This document shows positions 38,644-50,140 of a DNA stretch of 64,000 bases, one piece after another. The stretch is from NCBI GenBank assembly GCA_048772705.1, contig JBLWGC010000230.1, forward strand, positions 806,001 through 870,000, written 5' to 3'. The translations under genes were made by a program, and so were the position numbers. The stretch is from Leidyana gryllorum EB-2025a (lineage: Eukaryota; Protista; Apicomplexa). The notes beneath the pieces were generated by a model. That model was given only the letters and a program-made list of their open reading frames with translations. It was not told where the DNA came from and made no database searches. Each line of letters starts with the position of its first letter. Positions within the stretch are counted from its first letter, which is position 1.

Positions 38644-39429
38644 TCATTCACGAGAATTCGCCGTGTTGATCTTGAACTCGCTGCTGAACTGAGGGTTCAT
38701 AGCGGTATTCCAGTACTCCATGGCGTCGTCAGCCCCCTGTAGACGAGTCTCGTTGTTGTATAACTCGCCCTTTGGCAGCCAGATGCCCTCTTCCTTCACA
38801 CCTCCGCCGATAAAGGAAGATGCCATTCTCTTAATCCAGTTCTTCATGGTCGCGCCGCGCCCCTCCTCGCCTCTTTTAGCCCAGTAACGCTTCTCAACCT
38901 GCTCCCGCACTTGCTGAGGTGGAACAACGAAACCGCGAACGAAAACGCTCCGTCCGATGTTCTTCACATCCTGAGCCTCGTGACCACGGAACGTGCGCGG
39001 ACCCTGAGGAATTGGCATTATCGGATTGCCCACGTACAGGATCTGCTGCTGACAGGGGTTCTCCGGGAACGAGGCGTAGTACTCCTCTGTGCGGACATAA
39101 ATATGTTCACAACACCCCCAATATCATCATCATCACTCACCAGACTTGTAGTTCTGAGGGGCTGCGATGAAACCCGCATCAAACTCGAGCTTGGAGTACC
39201 ATCCGTCGTCGTAGTGGTGTAAGTTCCCCTTCGGCCGGGTGTGCCCGATGTCGTTTAAAAAAGGAATGAGTCTGGGATCACTGAACGTCTTCTTGGTGTT
39301 GTCGTTAAGCTTCTCCATCACTTCCTCTTGGTGCGTCGATTGATGACGAATACCCTTGAAGTCTCCTGTGGGAGAGTAATAGACCATCTTGTCGTTGTTG
39401 GGATCGGGAATCATCTTGCGAGGCTGCAT
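38644..39429 (-). CDS. Hypothetical protein, 2 exons
   Basis: ORFs 39133-39429 and 38644-39033 are joined by a GT-AG intron at ~39090-39141. Confidence 0.65.
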
Positions 39430-39516
39430 TTTATATCACTGTAATTTGTAACTTTGAACCAAACTGCAAGTTAAGTGTGTAACTTCACTCCTGCTTCGTG
39501 CATGACTCACCCCATG

Positions 39517-40029
39517 TCACACATTTTCACTTCTCCCAGTCAACACATACGTAATCGACCCATAGTAACGGCATGCACTCCAGTAGATCCCGCAGCCGAT
39601 CGCTGCTCCCGCCACATCCCACAAACAGTCCAGTGCTGAACCTGTTCGTGATGGGACGAACACTTGATGCACTTCATCGGTCACTGCATACAGAGACGCT
39701 CCGACAAAGCCGTACCAAAGACTGTGATACCCAACTATAGATCGATTCACACGTGTGTGCTGTGTGCTGGGCAGCATACTCTTACTTTTTGCGACCGCTC
39801 GGCAGACACTACGATCCACCGCAAGACAAATGAGGATCGCCAAAATACCAAACTCGGTCATATGGCCACATTTGCGTATCGCATAGTGCAGGAACGGTGC
39901 TTTACGTCCGATGCCCCCAATGTGTCCGGTATGCCTGGAGGCCAATATATCCGTGGATCCGATGAATATTAATATCATCCACACCACGGCTGCGCATGAC
40001 CAGCGGTTGAGGATTGATTGTCTCATCAT
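39517..40029 (-). CDS. VanZ-family membrane protein (intronless)
   Basis: IRKCGHMTEFGILAIL and YAVTDEVHQVFVPSRTGSALDCLWDVAG match the VanZ signatures RKxAHxxEY and YAxxDExHQxFVPGR..D...D..G. Confidence 0.88.
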   Translation of the reverse strand: MMRQSILNRWSCAAVVWMILIFIGSTDILASRHTGHIGGIGRKAPFLHYAIRKCGHMTEFGILAILICLAVDRSVCRAVAKSKSMLPSTQHTRVNRSIVGYHSLWYGFVGASLYAVTDEVHQVFVPSRTGSALDCLWDVAGAAIGCGIYWSACRYYGSITYVLTGRSENV

Positions 40030-40111
40030 AGCATATCAGGCGATGCTGGAAAAATATTGGACTTGATGGTTTTCGAGTGGCAACTCCAGCTGAGGCATTC
40101 TAACTAACTGA

Positions 40112-40769
40112 TCACATCGAAACGTAGGTTTTGAGGATTTTGATATCATGGCGAGGCCTGAAATGTCCATTATAATTCAATTCGAGCCATGCGACGCATA
40201 CCTTTCGTTTCGGCTTGTTTGAGCCATCCCGATCTTGGCCACAACGTCCATACCAGACTTGACACGGCCAAATATGGTATGTTTACCATCCAAGTCGAGG
40301 GTCGGGGCCAAAGTTATGAAGAATTGAGATCCATTCGTGTTGGGTTTCCCAGTGTTGGCCATACTCAGTATACCAGCCCCCACATGCTTTAGGCCAGGAT
40401 GGATCTCATCCTCCATGAACTTCCCATATATGGACTGACCGCCGGTCCCGGTGCCAGTGGGGTCTCCGCCTTGAATCACGAAGCCCTGAGAATTGAGATG
40501 GAATTGAGGGGGAGGGGGTGTCATTACGTACCGGGACGACTCTGTGAAAGATGGAGTTCTCATAGTACTTCCGGCGCACCAGCTCGTAGAAGTTTCTGCA
40601 GGTCTATAGAGAGAGAGAAGTTAGTTTAGCCTTTGTCACTGCTGCTCACCTTTGGGGCGTGGGCCCAATATAATTCGAGGACAATGGTGCCAATGGTGGT
40701 CTGCAGGGCTACATCCCCTTGCTCATCAGGGTTGATGACGATACCAGCTTCAGACTGGACCAGTGACAT
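40112..40769 (-). CDS. PPIL1: Cyclophilin-type peptidyl-prolyl isomerase, PPIL1-like
   Basis: [86 protein letters not shown]. Confidence 0.93.
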
Positions 40770-40805
40770 TGAGTTTTTTTTGAGGGTCAAGGTCACCCAG
40801 GTCGC

Positions 40806-43526
40806 ATGTCAGTCACTCCTCGACGCGCATTGGCGGAGATCAAGACCGCTGCTGATAAGAAGAGTAGGTGTTGAGGCCCGATCTCCAATTGCTTGCAGCT
40901 CGACGAACACGGATCCGTAACTTGACGGAAGTCAAGGCGAATCATCTCGTAGCCAAACAAGATGAACTGGAGGCCGCAGGGGCCACACTTCCGAAGGAAG
41001 TCCTCGACATAGCGGCTGTGGACGCTCCACCTCCACCAGCAACAGAGCGGCCCAGACGTCGTCGACAGGGATTGTCACAAGCCCATCCGTCGACAGCTGC
41101 TCAGTCGCAGCCGGTAGACGGCCCGCCAACTCGCACGCGCACTACAAAGAGCTCCGCGAAAGCCTCAGCCGCGAAAGCCAAAGCCACATCACAAAAAGGT
41201 ACCAAGCGAGCGGGAAGTAAGGTACCCAAACCGGTCAGCGCATCTCAACCGTAAGTTACGCAACTCTCTGTACGGCCATTGAGCTGCCGCTCCTCCGACA
41301 GATCCATTCCTGAGGAAGAATTTCTCAGCTGCGTCGATCCGGATTCGAAGCCGGCCAGCTGCACTGGATCTGTGCCCCAATCTCCTGTGAACAAAGTCGA
41401 AGTCATTCCCGCCCAAGGCGAAGATCTCTCCGCTCCTGATGGCCTCTTCGCGACATCTCGAGTCCCAGGCGCGTCTCCCCTTCCTCCAACGTCGAAAGGG
41501 CCGCTGACAACGGCGCTTCTCGAGGGTATCATCACAGAGCAGTCCACCATGGAGCACGAAGAGATCCCTCTGCCATCTCAAGACAGTGCACCCCCCTTCC
41601 TGTGGCCCGGATTTGGAGACCCCCCACCTCCCACCCCGCCGCCGGTGGAGTCTCGGGTCATTGAGACTTTGGTACAGCCCATATCGCCAATAGCCCAGAA
41701 GTCCAGGTCTCCCTGTTTCGGTTATGTGTCCCCCAGTGGTCCTCTAACGTCTGATTCGTCGCCTGCCGATGCGCGAGGTACAATAGCGGAGCCCTGTTCG
41801 TCGGGACCGGAAGAGTGTCTGCCACCGCCTCCGGCGGACTCTCCGGTCCCTCCACAGCCCCAGCAGCAGCCGCAGCCGCCTCAGCAGCCGCAGCCGAGCA
41901 ACGCTTCTCGACCAACGACAGCTACGAATGTCCGTTTGGTCTTTGAAAGCCGAGCTGCTGTGCCCATCGAGAGCTACAAACCACCGGAGATCTTCCGTTC
42001 GAGTGCACCGAAACCGCCAACGCGGCGCGACTCTGAGACGTTGCCTCCCTATATACCCCCAGCGTATCTGATGTCTCTCGAACCCATGTCTCCATCGCGA
42101 TATCCGATGAAGTGTTGTGACTTCGAAGAGCCGGGGAATGGAGACAGCTCCCCAGGGGATGTAATCGACTTGCTGGCGTCTCCGGAGCCGGAGCGGGAGT
42201 ATGAGGAAGAAAGCTCGGAGGGCGACTCACCCATTCGGTTGGTGCCGATGGACGAACAGGCGCGTGTGCGTCAGCGCGCAGCGGAAGCCGCAGCTTCTCG
42301 GACTGCTGCAGCGGGGTCCACTCCGACTCGGTACAATCCATTCGTGACAGATTTTACGTCGTGTTTACGGACACCAACTCGCGGGGGCGGACAACAGACA
42401 CCGGTGAAGACAGTTCCGGCTCTGACTCCTTCGAAACAGCCCGTGTGTTTCGGGGCTGTGACGCCTCCGCGGCGGACGAATGAAGACGGATTGGACGCGA
42501 ATGACGAGAACGAATCATTTTCAGCGAGACGAGATGTCCGGGATGTGACTGGGACCACCAAAACTATCACACCGACAGCAAAGACTGTACCTCCCCCCCC
42601 GAGTGCGACACCGACCCGAAGACGTCAAATGGTGAAGCCGACGTGCAAAGATCTGTTCCCTGACCCGCCAGAGACAGAGTTGCGACCTCGCGAACGGCAA
42701 CGAAAGGCAGAGTATTACTATAATCTGTTCAATCGTGAAGTCTTTGACGATAAGTTGCCCCACTATTTACCGTTGGTGTGGAACGCTCGGCTCCGAAAAA
42801 CCGCAGGGCAGGCAGTATTCGCGCGGTCCGGCAATACCAATAAGGAATCACGAAGTCATGATCCCGATGATGACGAGGAGGAACTTATCACAATGGTTCA
42901 GAATCTCACACTGAATGCTGACGGCAAAAGTGGACAGAGTTCTATGGTTCCCAAACGAATAGAATTGGCCCCGAAGATACTCGTGACCGAAGAAAGACTG
43001 GCCGCTACCCTTCTGCACGAATGTTGTCATATTGCACAGAGAACTTTAGAGGTAGCGATCGATCCTCCGCACGGTCCAATATTCAAGAGATGGGCCGCCA
43101 AAGCTTCGAGACGGTTCCCTCAATACAAAGTTTCCACTCGGCACGACTATGAAATCCATCAGCCTCATCAATGGAAATGTCTCAAATGCGGACTCGTATA
43201 CAAACGTTTCAGTAGATCTATCAACGTTGATAAACATCGGTGTGGTACTCAAAACTGTGGCGGATGCCTCGTTTATCTCGGCGAATTTCTCACCAGTGGT
43301 ATCCTTAAACCGCCTAATATGCGCCAACTCACTCCTTATAATGACTTTGTTCGCGTAAGTCGAACCGGCTACTGGGCCACACACACACACAAACATAATC
43401 TCTCTTTAGGCTATGTATGACAAAGCGGTAGCTACAGCTGAGGACCCTCGAGACGTAATGACTATCATTGGCCGCTGGTGGAGGGAACGGCAGCGAGAAG
43501 AAGAGGACGGCGAGAGTGTTTTATGA
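40806..43526 (+). CDS. GCNA: GCNA/ACRC-like SprT metalloprotease (disordered region + SprT + Zn ribbon + HMG box)
   Basis: Long disordered N-terminus; YYNLFNREVFDDKLP..WNARLRKTAG..IELAPKI..TLLHECCH (HExxH)..PHGPIFKRWA..HDYEI..WKCLKCG..CGTQNCGG; then an HMG-like LTPYNDFVR..VMTIIGRWW. Confidence 0.87.
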
Positions 43527-43579
43527 TGGATGGTGAAGGAGAAGAAGAAAGCAACAGGTCATAACTCGGTGTGAGTCGA

Positions 43580-44217
43580 CCTTAACCGGCTGGGCACATG
43601 AATGTCCATCTGCCAAGTGGCACCTGTGCGGTCCTTATCTATCCTGTGGTAAAAGAAGAGCCATATTTCACACCAAGAATGATTTCTCAAGTCCACTCAC
43701 ATTACGGCCTTTGCGCTAATCTTGTTTAACTGGGGAGCTCTTTGACCTTTGAGATCGAACCACCAACCTTCACAGGCGCGTCAGCAAGTTTCTCGATCAA
43801 AATTCCTATCTCACCTTGTCCTTCGTGCATCATAGTTAGGTCCGTGTATAAGAACGCATGTATTAGTGCGTTGTCTACTATCTCGTATGAGAACTGATTG
43901 GCGATGGTATCCTCCGATAAGTGAGGAAAAATGACCTGAAGGAAACAAGAGAACGTTCGAACGAATCTGTGCGTCGTCTGACTCACAGTGTATGTACTTC
44001 CGTCTGCTCTGTGGGTGATCTTTTCATCACACTCCGTCACACCAAACTCAAAGCTGGGCAGTGGGGGAAAACGTTGTAGCCCTTCGGACCACTCTGTCAA
44101 ATCTACCGGACCCGCTAGCAACTTCTCTCTAGATCTTTGACGGGCTGTTAACTCTTGAAAGCGCAATCCATCCACCACCGTGATGCAGAATAGAGGCATC
44201 AAAGCCCAGAATCTCAT
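43580..44217 (-). CDS. Small putative secreted hypothetical protein
   Basis: MRFWALMPLFCITVVDG resembles a signal peptide; introns at ~43936-43987 and beyond; 3' end uncertain. Confidence 0.45.
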
Positions 44218-44362
44218 GGATAATCTACGGCTTCGCCGAAGCTTATGGTAGTGATTGATCAATGATGACAGGCAGATAAAAGATAGGATCGAGATGAAGA
44301 GGTATACTAAGAAGCCGTCAACCCACATGTCCCAAAGCGTGTCCCAAAGAATACACACTACC

Positions 44363-46218
44363 TCAAGTTGGGAGGCCATTTCTTGTACGATGGAAGCAAC
44401 GCTCGAGTTCCAGCCCCTCTTGTACGTGATAGAACACTACGGCCGTCTTTGAAGACCCGTTTTCCCACGTCTCTATGTAAATGTCAGAAGTGCTGTTGCT
44501 TAGGTAGTTCCCGTCCTCAGAGGACGTCGTCGGATCAACCTTATGTTGGTCTTCTAATACCGCCAGGGGGTAGTTGAGGGGCCACCAATTAGTCGCCCAA
44601 GCCGGCACCGTTGAGCGCACCTCGGGTGGACGCTGATGCAAGGGCCCAAGCGCAACCCTGCACACACAATTCCACACATCCACCCATCGACACGAAACTC
44701 ACTTTCGTTGATGTATAGCCACGAATATGAAACCCATAGCTCCAGCGATATACAACGCGGCGAATGTGGGAAGAACGACGACACCCCAGTAGCTAACGGG
44801 TACCAGAATGAAGATGAGTAAATCAATAACTAGTGCGAGTGAGACGGTCACGGCCACAGTGATCCCCACGACCTGCATAGTCTCTGGGGACACAGAAATT
44901 GGCTCGTCTTCATCCCCTCTCGCAGCTTGCAACATGCGCCCCAAGACTAGCAAGAGTCGGTCTTGAAGTCGTTGTTGGGCTTCGCTGGCCCGACTGCCGG
45001 CGACTGTCCAACCTAAGGTGCCTTCTTCCGACTCGATCTGGGCGACTCCTGGTGCATCAGCCCGATAGGGAATGAGCACTTAAGACTGGGTACCACCATC
45101 TTACCGGTTCTACATACAGTGCACACTAAGGGATCTGTTACATTGGTGGCCAGCAAACGAGCGCGTAGGCCCGTGAGTCGCTGCATTCTACGCAGCTTAG
45201 ACCTGCATTAGCGTCCAGCCGGCTCGCGTGCGCGCGCGGGTGCCTTACCAACATCGTTCATGGATAACCGCTGAGCATTGAGTGCAGCACGGCCGCAGCG
45301 GTCTGCGACTGGTAGCGCTGCCTAAGCAAATAAAGCAGGAACCTGGGTCGGTGGCATTCAAAGGTACTGTGTAATCATCTGTCATGCAGTATTTTATAGG
45401 TCTGACTCTAAACAGAACCACGCATGGTAGGGCTTCCTACAGTGATTTCTGAGTATCTATGTCCGGCCAGAAGCTTCTCAACTCGCAATAGCATCTGGCA
45501 ATCCCTTCGATCACTCTCAGACCTGCTCACAGCTGTTGCTCGATGACCAAATGGACTCACAGGAAGACCACTGATATGGTTTTGCCTCCAACACTTTTGC
45601 AGCCCACGTGGATCACCAAGCTTTTGTCGGCTTTAGGTCTGAGGAAGACGGTGCGGATGGCCAAATGGCTCCCCTCAGGTGATGAGACTTACAGCCGGTC
45701 CGGTTGAACAGCTCGGAAGGCCTCAAAATCGGGACTATCCAAGCCATGTTTCAGTTCCTCAATGTCGGTGAGGTGATATGCAATATCAAATAACTTCGCA
45801 CTGATCAACTCGATATACTGTTGTCGAGATAGAGTTGTAACGAAACAGTATCTTAGCATTGCCCACGAGGCTACTCACCTCGGGTTTAGCACCAACGAAT
45901 AATTGTCGGCGCACAAGTTTGCCAGTGGGGGTGACCTGGAGCCGATTTGATGAGTGTCAGACGAGTGCAGCGGGCTCTTCTCACTCTGATCACCGTGACG
46001 CCGTTTCTAAACTTACGGCGGGCGCGGCGGAGCCACAATTGCACGGTTTCTTCAGTGACGTCTGTGGGAGTCGCAGTCGGGGCGGCATCCGTCTGTAATG
46101 GTGATGACGTTGCGCCCTTCTCATTGATCACCTCGGAGGTGTTCTGACGGTCGGGTGATGTCTTGCCTGAAGTAGTCGGGGACGTAGCCACCGAAACTAC
46201 CTTTTTGTTCGGAGTCAT
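44363..46218 (-). CDS. Membrane protein with an N-terminal PH-like segment and two transmembrane helices
   Basis: YHLTDIEELKHGLDSPDFEAF resembles a PLC-type PH motif; hydrophobic segments VVGITVAVTVSLALVIDLLIFILVPV and WGVVVLPTFAALYIAGAMGFIFVAI. Confidence 0.5.
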
Positions 46219-46239
46219 GAGTCCAAAAAGTTGGGCGAG

Positions 46240-49200
46240 ATGGACCGTCGAGCGTCCAAGTTGATGCGTATCGCATCACTAATGCTCGATGACGACCCAC
46301 TCCCAGCCACTGAACAACTACAGAACAACAATGAAGTGTCCTTCGCACTCCTAGGGGGGGATCCAGGGGCACGCTCTCACACCATGCAACCCGAGGAATT
46401 TGAGGAGGACGACGATGAGGAGGAGGACGATGATCTTCAGCAGACGTGAGTCTGTCAACGTGTGGTAGGAACGCCTGTTTATACATCGGTCCAGTCCGGG
46501 GTCTGCGGCCCTCGAAGTCTTTTCCAGTCACGGCTGGATAGGCATCCAAGTAGCTAAGTTCTTCGCTTACTCCCCGACAACTGGGTATATGTTGATCCTT
46601 ATGCTTGCCGTCTTCATGTGGATCACTTTCGAGGTACGCCACTCTTCCGTATTCTATCTGATGTGTGTGGTGATTGCCAATCGGCCACCGCTCGTGTTTG
46701 TGTGTCCCCGGACGTGCGGCGTGTGCTGCGGGAAACCGATGCTCAATCAATAAGTGCTATAGCCTCGCGGTGATGCTGGGGATGTTGTGTTTAACGATGG
46801 TCATGTCCATCTGTTCCGAATCACAGAAACTCTGTTGCTCAGAATCTCACCACGGGAACACGCAGTTGTGCGGTGGCCTTAAGTGTCATCTTTGCATTGA
46901 ATCTGGCTTTCATTATCCTCATCATGTTATGCCGGCTGGGTTGGACTATGGTGCTCCGATATATGTATTCTGAGAACCGAGTGATCCCAGCTCTGAACGA
47001 TCTACTTGATCCCGACTTAGCGTGAGCTTTCAGACACGCAGTCTTGTCTACCCGACCACTGTACGATACAGGATCTTCATCTGGACAGTTGTGATGCACA
47101 TGTTTTGGCAAGGGGAGTTTGTACAGATATTTGATCGTACTGGAATAAAGTCTGGGTATCATCGAATACTGTTCCTGCCAGTCTCCTGGCCGTATCAGTA
47201 CATCCCGGATGGCTCAGCTAACCTTATTCAATTGACAATAGTAGTACTAGTATTCTGGTCTATACGAGTGAGCAACGCAGTTATGCAACTGAATGATCGG
47301 TCGTAGAATCTCGTGGTTGAGGTGATCATGTTTCGCATCCTCCTGGGATTCCTGACCAATTTTCGGAGCTCTGTTCTGCGATATTTGAGGAGCTACGCTC
47401 TCTTGCGACACCTGAATGCCAAATTGTATGTTGCCACTCTGCCATCGGACATTTAATATCCTGATGCCAGTCTGAGAGCTGTCGGCGACTCGGGAAAGAC
47501 CACTGTCACCATTCCACCGGTCCAGCGCTCGCCCAGTATTCCCTTTGGTCGCCCAGCTGGCGGAGGTTTGGCCCGCCAGAAGACCCGTCAATTTGCTGCG
47601 CAGATCTACGCTCGCAAAACACAGGATGCTGCACTGCCCAACAATGTTGGGTATGCACCGGCCACAGTTTCCCGCAGCGGCAAGTCTATGGGGCGCGATC
47701 GCTGGTCCCGACGAAAGCAGCAGGCTTACGAGAGCCAAGTAACTGGGCGGATACTGCCGTCAGTTCTGCAAAATCGAAATATAGCAGCCGTTGAACAGTC
47801 TGATCTGGCCAATCTCCTCAGTATCACCTGGATACGTACGAATCCAATGGTTCTTTTTGTCCGCGGCGGGGAGCGTTGTGAGCTCAAGAGCAGACGCGTC
47901 ACCAAATACGCCGCCAAAGACCTCTTCAAGGAGCTTTCGAGATACAAGGAGGCCCTCGAACAAGCCGCTCACGATCTCGATCACTCTGAGAATCTCGCGC
48001 GGCAAGCGATGGAAGCCTTGCGGGGTGACGACAGTCCGCCTTTGATTGGGAGCTCCCCTCGTCTGACACCAAGTCCGCTCCGACCGCTCCCGGTGGGTGC
48101 CAAGTCCATTCGCATAGAGCTGCCGTGAGTAGAGAGCCATATGACCGTTAGCTCCTCCTCACTTACAGGCGCACCATCACTGGGAAACCTATGCGACAAC
48201 CTTCTTACAAAGACTTGGGCGACCGCATCGCAGCCGAGTTGGGCACAAAGAACGAAGACGACCGCTTCGACGATACAGATGAAAAGGTCAGCGTAAGCTC
48301 GTCGTCATCGGAAGAAGAGATTGAGGAGAAGGTACCCCCACTACCCACGAGTGAGCCTCCCGAGATCTCCATCTCCGTCGTTATCATGCCACCTTTCAGC
48401 TACAAAAGCGGCAATCGCTGCGCAGCCAGCCGGCCGTGTGCGGCAAGCGGCAGCAGCGTCGTCCACGGAACAGATGGTCTACTCCGACCCGATTCTCGAT
48501 GCCTCACTCCCGATGTTCACCCGCGCCCGAGGACCTCGGAGAGAGACGTTGCCAGCTCAGTTTGGAAGTGGGATGAGACCCATGACTGCGGCGGAACTGG
48601 CGGGAGGGTATCGGGCCCTGGAATCGGTGCCCAGCCGAACTTCAGATCCCCAAGGTGGACCTGGAGAAGGTGGCGACTCAGAGTCGGACTCATTGGAAGC
48701 TTTCGCTGAAACGGAAGCGCCTGTGATGAAACTGGGCACTGAAGGGAGTGCCCCTGACCCAGCTGCTGCTCCAGCTGAGCCTGCCGGCCCGTCCCCCACG
48801 TCCTTGGCGGCGAAACCGCCTACACTAGGTTCAAAGTCCGGCTCTGTATATTTGAAGCAATTGGCAGCGGAGGAAATCAAGGCCGTGAAACAAGCACAGA
48901 AGCCGCTGAAAAAGGAGGCTCTGACACGTGCGTTCCTCCGAGAGCTGCTTGATGAGAACCAGACCCAAGAGCTGATGGATTTAGTGGAAAGCGGTGGTCG
49001 AGATGTCATCACGTCGCAATCATTCGTCAAAGCTGTATTGACAGTGCACCAGATCCGTACACAAATGAATGCAGCTCTTGATGCACAGCGCGAAATTGAA
49101 CGTGTCTTTCATCGCGTCGCATCTTTCTGCCTGACCTTCATCATGGTTCTGGCGTTCTTATTTATCCTGGGTATCAGCGCCAACACCATTATCGTATCCG

Positions 49201-50105
49201 GCGCCGCTGCGCTCTCGGCTTGTGGTGTGGTTCTGAGTAAGTCGGAGTCGAAAGCGAGCATTTGTTGACTGCACTCAGGCTTCGTATACACTGATTTCAT
49301 CATCTCCATAATCCTTATCGTGTTCTTGAATCCCTACAGTATCGGTGACAGTGTCGAGATCGAGGGCGAATTCATGGTTGTGAAGCGCATCACAACGTAT
49401 TTCACAGAGTTTGAGTCCGGTTACGGCAAGATTGTGAGTGGAACACACGTGTGTGGTCCTTGTGACATACGATTTCTTTGGTGCAGTATTACTACTCGCA
49501 CCGAACTTTGTCGGAAAAAGCTCTGGTGAATCAATCTCGATCCCGCAACGCCACCTTTAGTGTCATTATCCGTGTGGGAGACCAAATGACCGTTGGTCAG
49601 TACAAAGCCTTCAAGAAGGTAATTAATGCCTACATGGAGGCTAGACCGATGGAGTTCAAGGGTAACCTATTTATTCACTGGCTGGGATTCCAACCTTTCC
49701 ACTATATTGAGGTGGGCAATCTTGGCATTAAGGCGGTGCCCCCAATTCCACGTTCAGCTTCATCTTATGGCCACCCACTGTGATAATTGGCAAAGCCCCG
49801 CTGTTTGGGACAGTAAGTCCTACTGGATGGCGTTCATTCTGCGTCAATGCCAATTGATGGGGCTGACCTACACGGACAAGCGCAACCGTGTGGAAGTGGC
49901 CGAGTTTCCTTCACCCAACATGCCCAGTGGGGGGACAGGCGATAACAATAATGAAACTCGCTTAATCCAGACTGCACCCCCCGCCGCCAAACCCGGTGGC
50001 AAGAGTGTACAATTCCAACCCCCAACCGGTACTGTTAGAATAGATTTGACAACGCCCGAGGGCAATAGAGCAGCAGTTGACACAATTCGGTCACGTAGTA
50101 GATAG
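46240..50105 (+). CDS. MscS-like (MSL) mechanosensitive ion channel
   Basis: Multiple TM exons; FCLTFIMVLAFLFILGI..IVFLNPYSIGDSVEIEGEFMVVKRITTYFTEF..ALVNQSRS matches the MscS PFxxGD..I..N..RS signature. Confidence 0.88.
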
Positions 50106-50140
50106 TTCGTCGAAAAAACACCTTCCCAAAAGGAGGGCAG

